Made by a program: the position numbers and the translations under genes | In this document: one piece after another, positions 31,054-40,271 of the stretch | How the letters are laid out: each line of letters starts with the position of its first letter | How positions within the stretch are numbered: the first letter of the stretch is position 1 | The notes under the pieces: generated by a model | Seen by the model: the letters and a program-made list of their open reading frames with translations, nothing else | The model's database searches: none | Told to the model about the DNA's origin: nothing | Assembly: GCA_965217185.1 (NCBI GenBank) | Contig: OZ244252.1 | Location: forward strand, 2,304,001-2,368,000 | Origin: an uncultured Candidatus Entotheonella sp. | GTDB taxonomy: Bacteria > Tectomicrobia > Entotheonellia > Entotheonellales > Entotheonellaceae | Reading direction: 5' to 3' | Length of the DNA stretch: 64,000 nt

Positions 31054-32541
31054 ATGGCATTCCCCAAGATTATCGGTTCGGAAACGGAATTCGGCCTTAC
31101 CGTGCAGAACGACCGGGACTTCGACTCGATCGCCACCTCTTTGTTGCTGGTCAACAGCTACAACGCCGACCCGTCGCTGAGACTGTTGTGGGATTACGAT
31201 CAGGAAGAGCCGTTGGTGGACGCGCGGGGTTACGAACACGACGAGACGTGCGAGGTGCCCGATCAGCAGGACAACATGGCGCTGAACAAAATCCTGAACA
31301 ATGGGGCGCGGTTTTACGTAGATCACGCCCACCCGGAATACTCGACGCCGGAGTGCTCAAACGTCTTGGATCTGTTGCGCTATGAGAAGGCCGGGGAGCG
31401 CATCCTGAACCGCAGTTGCGCCGGCGCGAATCAACTCATCCCGAACGGCCACACGATCATCATTTACAAGAACAATAGCGATCGCAAAGGCAGCAGCTAC
31501 GGTTACCACGAGAACTACCTTCTGGATCGCCGCACGCCGTTCCAACTGCTGGCGGAACACCTGATGCCGTTTCTGGTGACGCGCCAGATATACAGCGGCG
31601 CCGGCAAGGTGGGCTCCGAAAACGGCGCTGATCCGGTGCCCTACCAGATTTCGCAGCGGGCGGATTTCTTCGAGACCGAAATGGGCCTCGACACGATGGT
31701 GAAACGCCCCATTATCAATACCCGCGATGAGCCCCACGCCAACCGCGACCGCTATCGCCGTCTGCACGTGATCATCGGCGATGCCAACATGTCCGAGTAC
31801 ACCACTTACCTGAAAGTGGGCACCATGCTCCTCGTTCTGGAGATGATCGAGGAGGGTTTCCTGCCGGCGCCCCTGGCCCTGCGCAATCCGGTGCGGGCGC
31901 TGCGGGACGTGTCGCACGACCTGACGTGCAAGCTCAGCCTGCCCATGCGCAACGGCACCAAAATGACGGCCATCGACATTCAGCGCTGTTTTTGGGAGGC
32001 GGCGCAGCGCTACGTCGAAACGCATGTGGATTGCCACCCTACCTATCCCGGCGTGGTGCGCGAGTGGGGACAGGTACTTGATTGCTTGGCGGCCGACCCG
32101 ATGGACCTGCACCGTGAAATCGACTGGGTGATGAAGATGCACCTGATGCGCAATTACATCGACCGCCGCGGCAGCGACTGGGACGACCCGCGTGTGGCCA
32201 TGATGGACCTGCAATATCACGATATTCGCCCGGAGAAGAGCTTGTACGCCATTCTGGAGCGCAACGGCGCCGCCCGCCGCATGCTCAGCGAGGCGGAGAT
32301 CGTGCATGCCATGGATGAGCCGCCGGAGGACACCCGGGCGTATTTCCGCGGCCAGTGTCTGAAGAAGTTCAAGCACCAGATTTTCGGCGTCAACTGGGAC
32401 TCCATCTCGTTCAACCTTGGCGACGGACCCATCAAGCGCATCATGATGGAAGAACCCCTGCGCGGCACCAAGTCGCACGTACAACAGTTGCTCGAACGCT
32501 CGAAGACCGCTGCGGAACTGGTGGAAAATATCGTTATGTAA
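31054..32541 (+). CDS. dop: Pup deamidase/depupylase Dop
   Basis: GSETEFG, Dop-loop region WDYDQEEPLVDARG, NGARFYVDHAHPEYS, YKNNSD.KG.SYG.HENY, QISQRADFFE. Confidence 0.95.
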   Translation: MAFPKIIGSETEFGLTVQNDRDFDSIATSLLLVNSYNADPSLRLLWDYDQEEPLVDARGYEHDETCEVPDQQDNMALNKILNNGARFYVDHAHPEYSTPECSNVLDLLRYEKAGERILNRSCAGANQLIPNGHTIIIYKNNSDRKGSSYGYHENYLLDRRTPFQLLAEHLMPFLVTRQIYSGAGKVGSENGADPVPYQISQRADFFETEMGLDTMVKRPIINTRDEPHANRDRYRRLHVIIGDANMSEYTTYLKVGTMLLVLEMIEEGFLPAPLALRNPVRALRDVSHDLTCKLSLPMRNGTKMTAIDIQRCFWEAAQRYVETHVDCHPTYPGVVREWGQVLDCLAADPMDLHREIDWVMKMHLMRNYIDRRGSDWDDPRVAMMDLQYHDIRPEKSLYAILERNGAARRMLSEAEIVHAMDEPPEDTRAYFRGQCLKKFKHQIFGVNWDSISFNLGDGPIKRIMMEEPLRGTKSHVQQLLERSKTAAELVENIVM

Positions 32542-32572
32542 TCCGCTCACGGGCGGGCTGGAAGGAGTGCTC

Positions 32573-32827
32573 ATGATCGTCAAGCAGGCCCCTGGAGTTA
32601 CAGACCGTTGGCATGGAATCGTCACCTGCGCCGAGGGTGGACAGCAGCACGGCACCCGGCGCAGCGAGACGCAGACGGACAGCACGACGACCCCGGCGAC
32701 CGACCTGTCGGAGAAGGGCGACAAGCTGAAAGACGAGTTGGACGCCTTGATCGACGAGATCGACGAGGTGCTTGAAGAGAACGCCGAGGAGTTCGTGAAG
32801 AATTACGTGCAGCGAGGGGGAGAATAA
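32573..32827 (+). CDS. pup: Prokaryotic ubiquitin-like protein Pup (84 aa, ends GGE)
   Basis: LDALIDEIDEVLEENAEEFVKNYVQRGGE*; RBS GAAGGAG before ATG 32573; lies between dop and prcB. Confidence 0.95.
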   Translation: MIVKQAPGVTDRWHGIVTCAEGGQQHGTRRSETQTDSTTTPATDLSEKGDKLKDELDALIDEIDEVLEENAEEFVKNYVQRGGE

Positions 32828-32828
32828 G

Positions 32829-33626
32829 GTGTCGTTGTGGTCAGGCAGCTATGAGGGATCGAGTTTCTTCGATCTGTTGCGGCACGATTTTCCGCACATG
32901 CTGCCATTACAACATTTGCCCCAGGTAGCCGCAGGCGAGTCGCGGCTGCTGGAGACGGTGCCTTTCGCCACTACCATCCTGGCGCTGCGTTTCGCCGATG
33001 GTGTGGTGATGGCGGGCGACCGGCAGGCCACCGAGGGTTTCGAGGTGTCGTCGCGGCGCATCGAGAAACTCTACAACGCCGACAGTCACTCCGTCGTCGC
33101 CATGGCTGGGGTCGCCGGGCCGTGTTTGGACATGGCCAAGCTGTTCCAGATCGAGATGGAGCACTACGAGAAGATCGAGGGCGCCCCGCTGACTTTGGAG
33201 GGCAAGGCGAATCGCTTGGCGCAGATGGTCAAGCAGAATCTCTCGGCCGCCTTCCAGGGGTTGGTCGTGGTGCCGATTTTCGCCGGTTACGATGTCCACG
33301 CCGAGCAGGGCCGCATCTTCAAGTACGACGTGACCGGCGGGCGCTACGAGGAACGCCAGTTCTATGCCACCGGCTCCGGGGGAAAAGAAGCCCGCAGCAC
33401 CCTGCGCAAACTGTACAAGGACGGGCTGTCGCGCACCGAGGCGATTGCCCTGGCGCTCGAAGCCTTGGTGGATGCCGCCGACATAGACGTTGGCACCAGC
33501 GGACCGGATTTGGCTCGGGGCATTTATCCGCTGGTCAAGATCGTCACCCTTGACGGTACCGCGGACGTGAACGACGAGGAATTGTGCGGTGTGAGCGAGA
33601 GGTTGCTCAGCGTCGTGAAAGGCTAA
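32829..33626 (+). CDS. prcB: 20S proteasome beta subunit (47-aa propeptide)
   Basis: SSFFDLL propeptide, then TTILAL..ADGVVMAGDRQAT, HYEKIEG..LTLEGKANRL, TGSGG. Confidence 0.96.
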   Translation: MSLWSGSYEGSSFFDLLRHDFPHMLPLQHLPQVAAGESRLLETVPFATTILALRFADGVVMAGDRQATEGFEVSSRRIEKLYNADSHSVVAMAGVAGPCLDMAKLFQIEMEHYEKIEGAPLTLEGKANRLAQMVKQNLSAAFQGLVVVPIFAGYDVHAEQGRIFKYDVTGGRYEERQFYATGSGGKEARSTLRKLYKDGLSRTEAIALALEALVDAADIDVGTSGPDLARGIYPLVKIVTLDGTADVNDEELCGVSERLLSVVKG

Positions 33627-33630
33627 GTAC

Positions 33631-34341
33631 ATGGCCGTTCCTTTTTACGTTTCCCCTGACCAGGTTATGCAGGACAAGGCCGAGTATGCCCGCAAAGGCA
33701 TCGCCAAAGGCAAGTCGATCGTGGCCATGGAGTACGCGGGCGGCTTGCTGCTGATGGCCGAAAATCCGAGTGTGTCCCTGAACAAGATATCCGAAATTTA
33801 TGACCGTATCGCTTTTGCCGGCGCAGGCAAATACAGCGAATTCGAGAACCTACGCAAAATCGGCATCCGCTACGCCGATATTACCGGCTATGCCTCCAGC
33901 CGCCGTGACGTGACCACTAAATCGCTGGCCAAGGGTTACTCCGACATCATCGGCACAGTCTTTACACGCGATCCGAAGCCGCTGGAAGTGGAGATTCTGG
34001 TGGTGGAGGTCGGTGAGGAGGAGGCGGCCAATCAGATGTACCACGTGTCGTTCGACGGCTCCATCAGCGACCGGCAACAGTTTGCGGTCATCGGTGGCCA
34101 TTCGGATCGCATCGTGGCCTATTTGCATGATCACTACACCGCCAACCTGAGCCTGTCCGAAGCGTTGATGCTCAGCCATCGCGGTGTTATGGCCGGCTAC
34201 GAGCGGCCGCCAGACGAGCCCGGTGCGCTGGAAGTCGGCATCCTTGATCGCGAACGCATTGACCGCAAGTTTTATCGCATGACGCCGGCTGAGGTCGCCG
34301 CGACGATGGCCACCGCTGGCAACGAAGTTGAACCGCTATGA
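33631..34341 (+). CDS. prcA: 20S proteasome alpha subunit
   Basis: PFYVSPDQVMQDKAEYARKGIAKG, KISEIYDRIAFA. Confidence 0.96.
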   Translation: MAVPFYVSPDQVMQDKAEYARKGIAKGKSIVAMEYAGGLLLMAENPSVSLNKISEIYDRIAFAGAGKYSEFENLRKIGIRYADITGYASSRRDVTTKSLAKGYSDIIGTVFTRDPKPLEVEILVVEVGEEEAANQMYHVSFDGSISDRQQFAVIGGHSDRIVAYLHDHYTANLSLSEALMLSHRGVMAGYERPPDEPGALEVGILDRERIDRKFYRMTPAEVAATMATAGNEVEPL

Positions 34342-35732
34342 AGAAACGCATTTACGGCATCGAAAACGAATACGGTATTTCCTTCACGGCGAACGGACGC
34401 CGCTCCCTCCCTTCCGAAAAAGTGGTGCGCTACCTGTTTGAAAAGTTGATCACGACCGAGGGCTTCCTGAACGTCTTCCTGGAAAACGGCGCCCGCTTCT
34501 ACCTCGATACCGGTTGCCATCCCGAGTACGCCACGCCCGAGTGCGCCAGCCCGCAGGACGTGGTCATCTACGACAAGGCCGGTGACCGCATCCTCGAAAA
34601 TCTGCTCCGGTACGCCCAGAACAAGGTGCGCGAGGAGGGCTTTCCCGGCGATCTGGCGATTTTCAAGAACAATACCGATTTTGTCGGCAACTCCTACGGC
34701 TGCCACGAGAATTACCTCGCTGAGCGGACTTCGGATTTCTACTACATGGCCGAGCAGCTCATCCCGTTTCTGGTTACCCGCCAGATCTTCACGGGCTCCG
34801 GCAAGGTCTTCCGCACCCGCCGCGGCACGGTCTTTCACATCTCGCAACGCGCCCAGCACATCCGGCAGAAGATTTCCGGCACCACGACCAACGAGCGCAG
34901 CATCATCAATACCCGCGATGAACCGCACGCCATGAAGGAAAAGTACCGCCGCCTGCACATCATCGTGGGGGATTCCAACATGTCGGAGTTCACCACGTAT
35001 CTGAAGGTCGGCACCACCGCCATCGTGCTGCAGATGATCGAGGACGATTTCATCACCCCGAGGTTTGCCCTGCGCAACCCGGTGCGGGCCATCAAGGACA
35101 TCTCGCGCGACCTGACCTGCCGCGAGTCGGTGCCGTTGAACAACGGCAAGCGCTATTCGCCCCTGGAGTTGCAGAAGCAATATCTTGAGCTGGCCCATAC
35201 CTACTACAGCACCCGCAAGATGGGCGCCTTGGCCGCCGATATTTTGCAGAAGTGGGAGTACGTGCTCACCAAGCTCGCCGAAGAGCCGATGCAACTGCAC
35301 CGCGAGATCGATTGGGTGACCAAGATGCACCTGCTGAAGACCTACGGCGAGCGTTCCCGAATGGCCGCCGAGGCGCGCAGCGACCGGTTTCTGATGCTCG
35401 ACCTGCAGTATCACGACATTCGTCGCGAAAAAGGCCTGTATTTCTTGCTGGAGCGCCGGGGGCAGATCAACCGCATCGTATCCGATGCCGAAATCGAAAA
35501 GGCCATGGTGGATCCGCCGCAGAACACGCGGGCCAAGATGCGCGGCGAACTGATCAAGCTGGCGAAGAAGAAGCGCATCCCGTATGACCTGGATTGGAAC
35601 TACATCCGCATTGGCTACCTGCTGAACCTGTGGGTGAAGTGCAACGATCCGTTCCAGGAAGAGAACGAGAAGGTGACGCAGCTCAAACGCCGCATCGAAC
35701 GGTCGAACTTCAAGTACGGTTATCTACTGTAA
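34338..35732 (+). CDS. pafA: Pup-protein ligase PafA
   Basis: RIYGIENEYG, FLENGARFYLD.G.HPEYATPEC, GNSYGCHENY, IINTRDEPHA, PPQNTRA; lacks the Dop loop. Confidence 0.95.
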   Translation: MKKRIYGIENEYGISFTANGRRSLPSEKVVRYLFEKLITTEGFLNVFLENGARFYLDTGCHPEYATPECASPQDVVIYDKAGDRILENLLRYAQNKVREEGFPGDLAIFKNNTDFVGNSYGCHENYLAERTSDFYYMAEQLIPFLVTRQIFTGSGKVFRTRRGTVFHISQRAQHIRQKISGTTTNERSIINTRDEPHAMKEKYRRLHIIVGDSNMSEFTTYLKVGTTAIVLQMIEDDFITPRFALRNPVRAIKDISRDLTCRESVPLNNGKRYSPLELQKQYLELAHTYYSTRKMGALAADILQKWEYVLTKLAEEPMQLHREIDWVTKMHLLKTYGERSRMAAEARSDRFLMLDLQYHDIRREKGLYFLLERRGQINRIVSDAEIEKAMVDPPQNTRAKMRGELIKLAKKKRIPYDLDWNYIRIGYLLNLWVKCNDPFQEENEKVTQLKRRIERSNFKYGYLL

Positions 35733-35753
35733 GGTTGCCCCGAGGAACCGCGC

Positions 35754-36881
35754 ATGCCGAAAGACGCCTCGCCCAGAATCCGCCTCGCCCTCCTCTACGG
35801 CGGTCGCTCGGGCGAGCATGACGTGTCCATCGCCTCGGCCACGTCGGTCATGCAGGCCATCGACAAGGATAAATACGACGTTCTGCCCGTCTACTTGACG
35901 TCTGAGGGACGCTGGCTGCCAGGCGTCGAACCCGCCCGGCTTACTGCCGGTCTTCATCCTGCCGCCGCTACGGTAGCCTTATTCTCCAGCGATCCCCAAC
36001 AGCCTGGCTTGTTGCCGTTGTCCAAGGCTGAGGTGCAGCCAGAACAGGCGCAAGCGGTGGACGTCGTGTTTCCGCTACTGCACGGCACCTATGGCGAGGA
36101 CGGCACCGTGCAAGGGCTGCTGGAACTCGCCAACGTGCCTTACGTCGGGTCGGGGGTGCTGGGCTCGGCCGCAGGCATGGACAAGGACATCATGAAGACG
36201 CTCTTCGCCGCCGCCGGTTTGCCCGTGGTTCCGCACCTGCTCGTCCGGCGCCGCGAGTGGGAGCAGCGGCCGGCGGTTGTCCAAGATCGCGTGCTACAAA
36301 CGCTGCGGCTGCCGGTGTTCGTCAAGCCGGCGAATCTCGGATCGAGTGTGGGGATTTCCAAGGTGGGTGACGCGGCCGGCCTATCGGATGCTCTGGATTT
36401 GGCGTGCCGGTACGACCGGCGCGTGCTGGTCGAGCAGGGATTGGACTGCCGTGAGTTTGAGTGCAGCGTCTTGGGGAATGATGAACCGGAAGCCTCGGTT
36501 ATCGGCGAGATTATTCCGTCACGTGAGTTTTACGACTATCAAGCGAAATACAGCGACGACGAATCGAGCGAGCTACGCATTCCCGCCGACATCGATGCCA
36601 GCCTCGCCGAAGACCTGCGCGCCATGGCGGTGACCGCCTTCCAAGCGGTGGACGCCGCCGGGCTGGCGCGGGTGGATTTCTTCTTCGAAACCCGCACCGG
36701 CAAGCCCTACGTGAACGAAATCAACACCCTGCCTGGCTTCACCACGATCAGCATGTACCCGAAGCTGTGGGAGGCGGGGGGGGTGTCCTACGCGCAGTTG
36801 ATCGACAACCTCGTGAACCTCGCCATCGAACGGCACCAGGACCGGCAGCGCTCCCTCACCGTTTACAACCAGGACCCGTGA
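35754..36881 (+). CDS. ddl: D-alanine--D-alanine ligase
   Basis: [50 protein letters not shown]. Confidence 0.97.
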   Translation: MPKDASPRIRLALLYGGRSGEHDVSIASATSVMQAIDKDKYDVLPVYLTSEGRWLPGVEPARLTAGLHPAAATVALFSSDPQQPGLLPLSKAEVQPEQAQAVDVVFPLLHGTYGEDGTVQGLLELANVPYVGSGVLGSAAGMDKDIMKTLFAAAGLPVVPHLLVRRREWEQRPAVVQDRVLQTLRLPVFVKPANLGSSVGISKVGDAAGLSDALDLACRYDRRVLVEQGLDCREFECSVLGNDEPEASVIGEIIPSREFYDYQAKYSDDESSELRIPADIDASLAEDLRAMAVTAFQAVDAAGLARVDFFFETRTGKPYVNEINTLPGFTTISMYPKLWEAGGVSYAQLIDNLVNLAIERHQDRQRSLTVYNQDP

Positions 36882-36920
36882 TCCGCGCCTGATGCGCGGC
36901 GGCGGATCGAGACCTTGGAC

Positions 36921-39900
36921 ATGACAGACAGTTTCTTCGATCATCCCATCCTCAATTCGCCCTACGAGTATCCGTCGCGCCACTGGGAGCTCGACGACAG
37001 CGGCCAGCCCACCAACCGAATCCTCGATCATCGCCGCCGCGTCTCGTTCATCACCCCGATCCCCACGCCGAAAAAGCGCAAGCGGGAGCAGCGGGAATTG
37101 ATCTTCGACGACGCCGCCCGCAAGCTCGGCATAGAGAGCCAGCAATACAAGCTGATGGAGACCATCAACGACCTCCGTCGCGAGGTCGACGCGTGGCGGC
37201 AGATTCCCGATCCTGGCCAATGGCGGGTGACGCCCGAGACGGCCCGATTGCTGCGGCACTGGCGACATCATCCATTCAGCAATCTCCGCCCGTTCTTCTG
37301 CCAGGTCGAAGCCGCCGAAACCGCGATCTGGCTGACCGAGGTGGCGCTTGGCCTGGGCCGTAGAGGGCGCCGCTTTCTCGACGAACTCGACGCCGCGAAC
37401 GAACAGGCCAATCCCGGCCTCGCTCGGTTGGCGCTGAAGCTCGCCACCGGCGCCGGCAAGACCACCGTCATGGCGATGCTGATCGCCTGGCAGACGATCA
37501 ATGCGGTGCGCCGTCCTGGCAGCCGCAGGTTTACGCGCGGCTTCCTCGTGATGACCCCGGGGATTACCATCCGCGATCGGCTCCGCGTGCTCCAGCCCAA
37601 TGACCCGGACAGCTACTACGCTAGTCGGGAACTGGTCCCCGGAGACATGTTGCAAGACCTCCAGCGGGCCAAGATAGTCATCACCAACTACCACGCTCTG
37701 CGACAACGCGAACGCCTCGAAGTTTCCAGCGGAGGGCGAGCGCTGTTGCAGGGGCCGGGCGCGCCCCTGGAAACTCTGGAATCCGAGGGTCAAATGGTCC
37801 AGCGGGTCATGCCCGAGCTGATGGCCGTAAAGAACGTAATGGTGTTAAACGACGAGGGACATCATTGCTACCGGCGCAAGCCGGGTGATGACGACGAAGG
37901 CCCGTTGACCAGGGAAGACCGGCAGGAGGCAGACCGCAACAATGAAGAGGCCAGGGTGTGGATTTCCGGCTTGGAGATTGTCAAGCGCAAGCTGGGCGTA
38001 CGCCAGGTGGTGGACCTGTCGGCCACCCCCTTCTTCCTCCGCGGCTCCGGTTACGCCGAGGGAACCCTTTTCCCCTGGACGGTAAGCGATTTCTCCCTGA
38101 TGGACGCCATTGAATGCGGCATCGTCAAGTTGCCCCGGGTCCCGGTGGCCGATAACATCCCTGGCGAGCAGGTGCCAGTCTTCCGCAACTTGTGGGAGCA
38201 TATCCGGGAAGCCATGCCCCGAGCCGGCCGGAACCGGGCCGGCAACCTGGACCCACTCGATCTGCCCACTACATTACAGACCGCGCTGGAAGCCCTCTAC
38301 GGGCACTACAAGACGACTTACGAGCAGTGGCAAGCGGACGAAGCCACGGTGCCACCCTGTTTAATTGTGATCTGCAACAACACGTCTACATCGAAGCTGG
38401 TCTATGACTTCATCTCCGGCTTTGAGCGACAGAACGAAGACGGCTCAACATCCCTGCAAGATGGCCGGTTGGAGCTGTTTCGCAACTTTGACGAGCACGG
38501 CAACCGCTACCCGATACCTCGAACTTTGCTCATCGACAGCCAACAACTGGAGTCCGGCGACAAGCTCAGCGATGACTTCCGCCGGGCGGCAGCCGGGCAA
38601 ATCGAGCGGTTCCGCTGGGAGCGGCAGGAACGTTCCGGCAACCGGGAGGAGGCAGACCACATCACGGAGCAGGAGCTGCTGCGGGAAGTGATGAACACCG
38701 TGGGCAAAGAGGGACGGCTGGGCGAGTCCATTCGTTGCGTCGTGTCGGTGTCCATGCTCACCGAGGGCTGGGACGCCAACACCGTGACTCACGTCTTGGG
38801 AGTGCGGGCCTTCGGCACCCAACTCCTGTGCGAACAGGTGGTAGGTCGCGCCCTCCGGCGCCAGTCCTACGACCTGAACGAAGACGGCAAATTCGACGTC
38901 GAGTACGCCGACGTGCTGGGCATACCCTTCGATTTCACCGCCCGTCCGGTGGTGGTTGGGCCAGGCAAGCAGCGCCAAATGGTCCACGTCAGGGCGATGC
39001 GTCCGGAGCGGGACCATCTGGAGATAACCTTCCCCCGAGTTTCCGGCTACCGGGAAGATCCCCCAAAGGAAGACCTGATTGCCAACTTCACCGACGATTC
39101 CAGGTTGGACTTGACACCTGACCTTGTGGGGCCGACGCAGACCCGGAATGAGGGAATTATTGGGGAAGGCGTTGACCTGAACTTGGTCCACATCGGCGAC
39201 CTCCGCACTTCCAGCCTGGTGCTGCACCTGACCAAGCGTCTCCTGGAAACCAAGTGGCGAGATCCCAACCAGGACCTCAAGTTGCACCTGTTCGGCAAGT
39301 TGAAGAACGTGGTCAAGCAGTGGCTCGACACCTGCCTGGTCTGCCGCGGCGGCACCTACCCGGCGCAGCTGATGTACCAGTCATTGGCAGACATGGCATG
39401 CAACCGCATCACCGCCGCCATCACCAGCAAACAGGGCGAGCGGTCCATCAAAGCCCTGCTGGATTCCTACAATCCCACCGGCTCCACGCAGCACGTAAAC
39501 TTCACCACCTCCAAGGCCGGCCTCTGGACGACCGACCCTCGGAAGTGCCACGTCAACCTCGCCGTGCTGGACAGCGATTGGGAGGCCGAGTTCTGCCGCG
39601 TCGTTGAGTCCCACCCCAACGTGAAAGCTTACGTGAAGAACCACAACCTGGGCCTGGAGGTTCCATACCTGTACGGCTCAACGCCGCGTACTTATATCCC
39701 CGACTTCATCGTGCAGGTGAACGACGGACAGGACGAACCGCTGAACCTCATCGTGGAAATCAAGGGTTACCGGGGCGAGGACGCCAAGGAAAAGAAGAAC
39801 ACCATGGAGGCCTACTGGCTGCCCGGCGTCAACACCCTGGGTCAGTACGGCCGCTGGGCCTTCGATGAGTTCACCGACGTTTATGATATCGAATCCGGCT

Positions 39901-40271
39901 TCAACTCCCTGGTTGCCGGCATAATTGACCGGCAGGAAAGCGCCGCGCTTAACGAAACTGCCGGTTGGCTGTCTGGCGCCGGTGGCAGCGAACCCCAGAT
40001 TGAGAACATCGCCCGGCGCCAAAGCGAAGAGTATGCGAACCACTTGGTAGAGCAACACCGGCGCCAAGGCGAGCGTATGATGAAATTCCTGGAATTTGAG
40101 CACGGATTGGACGAAAGCCAGCGAAACTTAAGCCAACGGGAACGCTATCTGCTGTTCCTGAAGCATGAGAGCCATTTGAGCGAGGAAGGGCATAAACTTT
40201 ATCTCCAGTTCCTGGAGTACGAACGGCCATATAAGGATCAGTACCCGGAATGGCCTGATGGTTCTGACTGA
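36921..40271 (+). CDS. Type III-like restriction endonuclease/helicase (Res subunit, BPTD_3080-like) with ~115-aa C-terminal extension
   Basis: PFFCQVEA, KLATGAGKT, NDEGHHCY, SVSMLTEGWDA, EQVVGRALRR; nuclease motif YIPDF...IVEIKG. Confidence 0.92.
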   Translation: MTDSFFDHPILNSPYEYPSRHWELDDSGQPTNRILDHRRRVSFITPIPTPKKRKREQRELIFDDAARKLGIESQQYKLMETINDLRREVDAWRQIPDPGQWRVTPETARLLRHWRHHPFSNLRPFFCQVEAAETAIWLTEVALGLGRRGRRFLDELDAANEQANPGLARLALKLATGAGKTTVMAMLIAWQTINAVRRPGSRRFTRGFLVMTPGITIRDRLRVLQPNDPDSYYASRELVPGDMLQDLQRAKIVITNYHALRQRERLEVSSGGRALLQGPGAPLETLESEGQMVQRVMPELMAVKNVMVLNDEGHHCYRRKPGDDDEGPLTREDRQEADRNNEEARVWISGLEIVKRKLGVRQVVDLSATPFFLRGSGYAEGTLFPWTVSDFSLMDAIECGIVKLPRVPVADNIPGEQVPVFRNLWEHIREAMPRAGRNRAGNLDPLDLPTTLQTALEALYGHYKTTYEQWQADEATVPPCLIVICNNTSTSKLVYDFISGFERQNEDGSTSLQDGRLELFRNFDEHGNRYPIPRTLLIDSQQLESGDKLSDDFRRAAAGQIERFRWERQERSGNREEADHITEQELLREVMNTVGKEGRLGESIRCVVSVSMLTEGWDANTVTHVLGVRAFGTQLLCEQVVGRALRRQSYDLNEDGKFDVEYADVLGIPFDFTARPVVVGPGKQRQMVHVRAMRPERDHLEITFPRVSGYREDPPKEDLIANFTDDSRLDLTPDLVGPTQTRNEGIIGEGVDLNLVHIGDLRTSSLVLHLTKRLLETKWRDPNQDLKLHLFGKLKNVVKQWLDTCLVCRGGTYPAQLMYQSLADMACNRITAAITSKQGERSIKALLDSYNPTGSTQHVNFTTSKAGLWTTDPRKCHVNLAVLDSDWEAEFCRVVESHPNVKAYVKNHNLGLEVPYLYGSTPRTYIPDFIVQVNDGQDEPLNLIVEIKGYRGEDAKEKKNTMEAYWLPGVNTLGQYGRWAFDEFTDVYDIESGFNSLVAGIIDRQESAALNETAGWLSGAGGSEPQIENIARRQSEEYANHLVEQHRRQGERMMKFLEFEHGLDESQRNLSQRERYLLFLKHESHLSEEGHKLYLQFLEYERPYKDQYPEWPDGSD

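Noticed and set aside
32573..32827. UBact rather than Pup
   Set aside because: The C-terminal EIDEVLEENAEEFV..YVQRGGE is the Pup signature.
40033..40050. ATG CGA ACC ACT (MRTT), resembling a VapB start, inside the Res tail
   Set aside because: It stops after five codons; too short to distinguish from chance.
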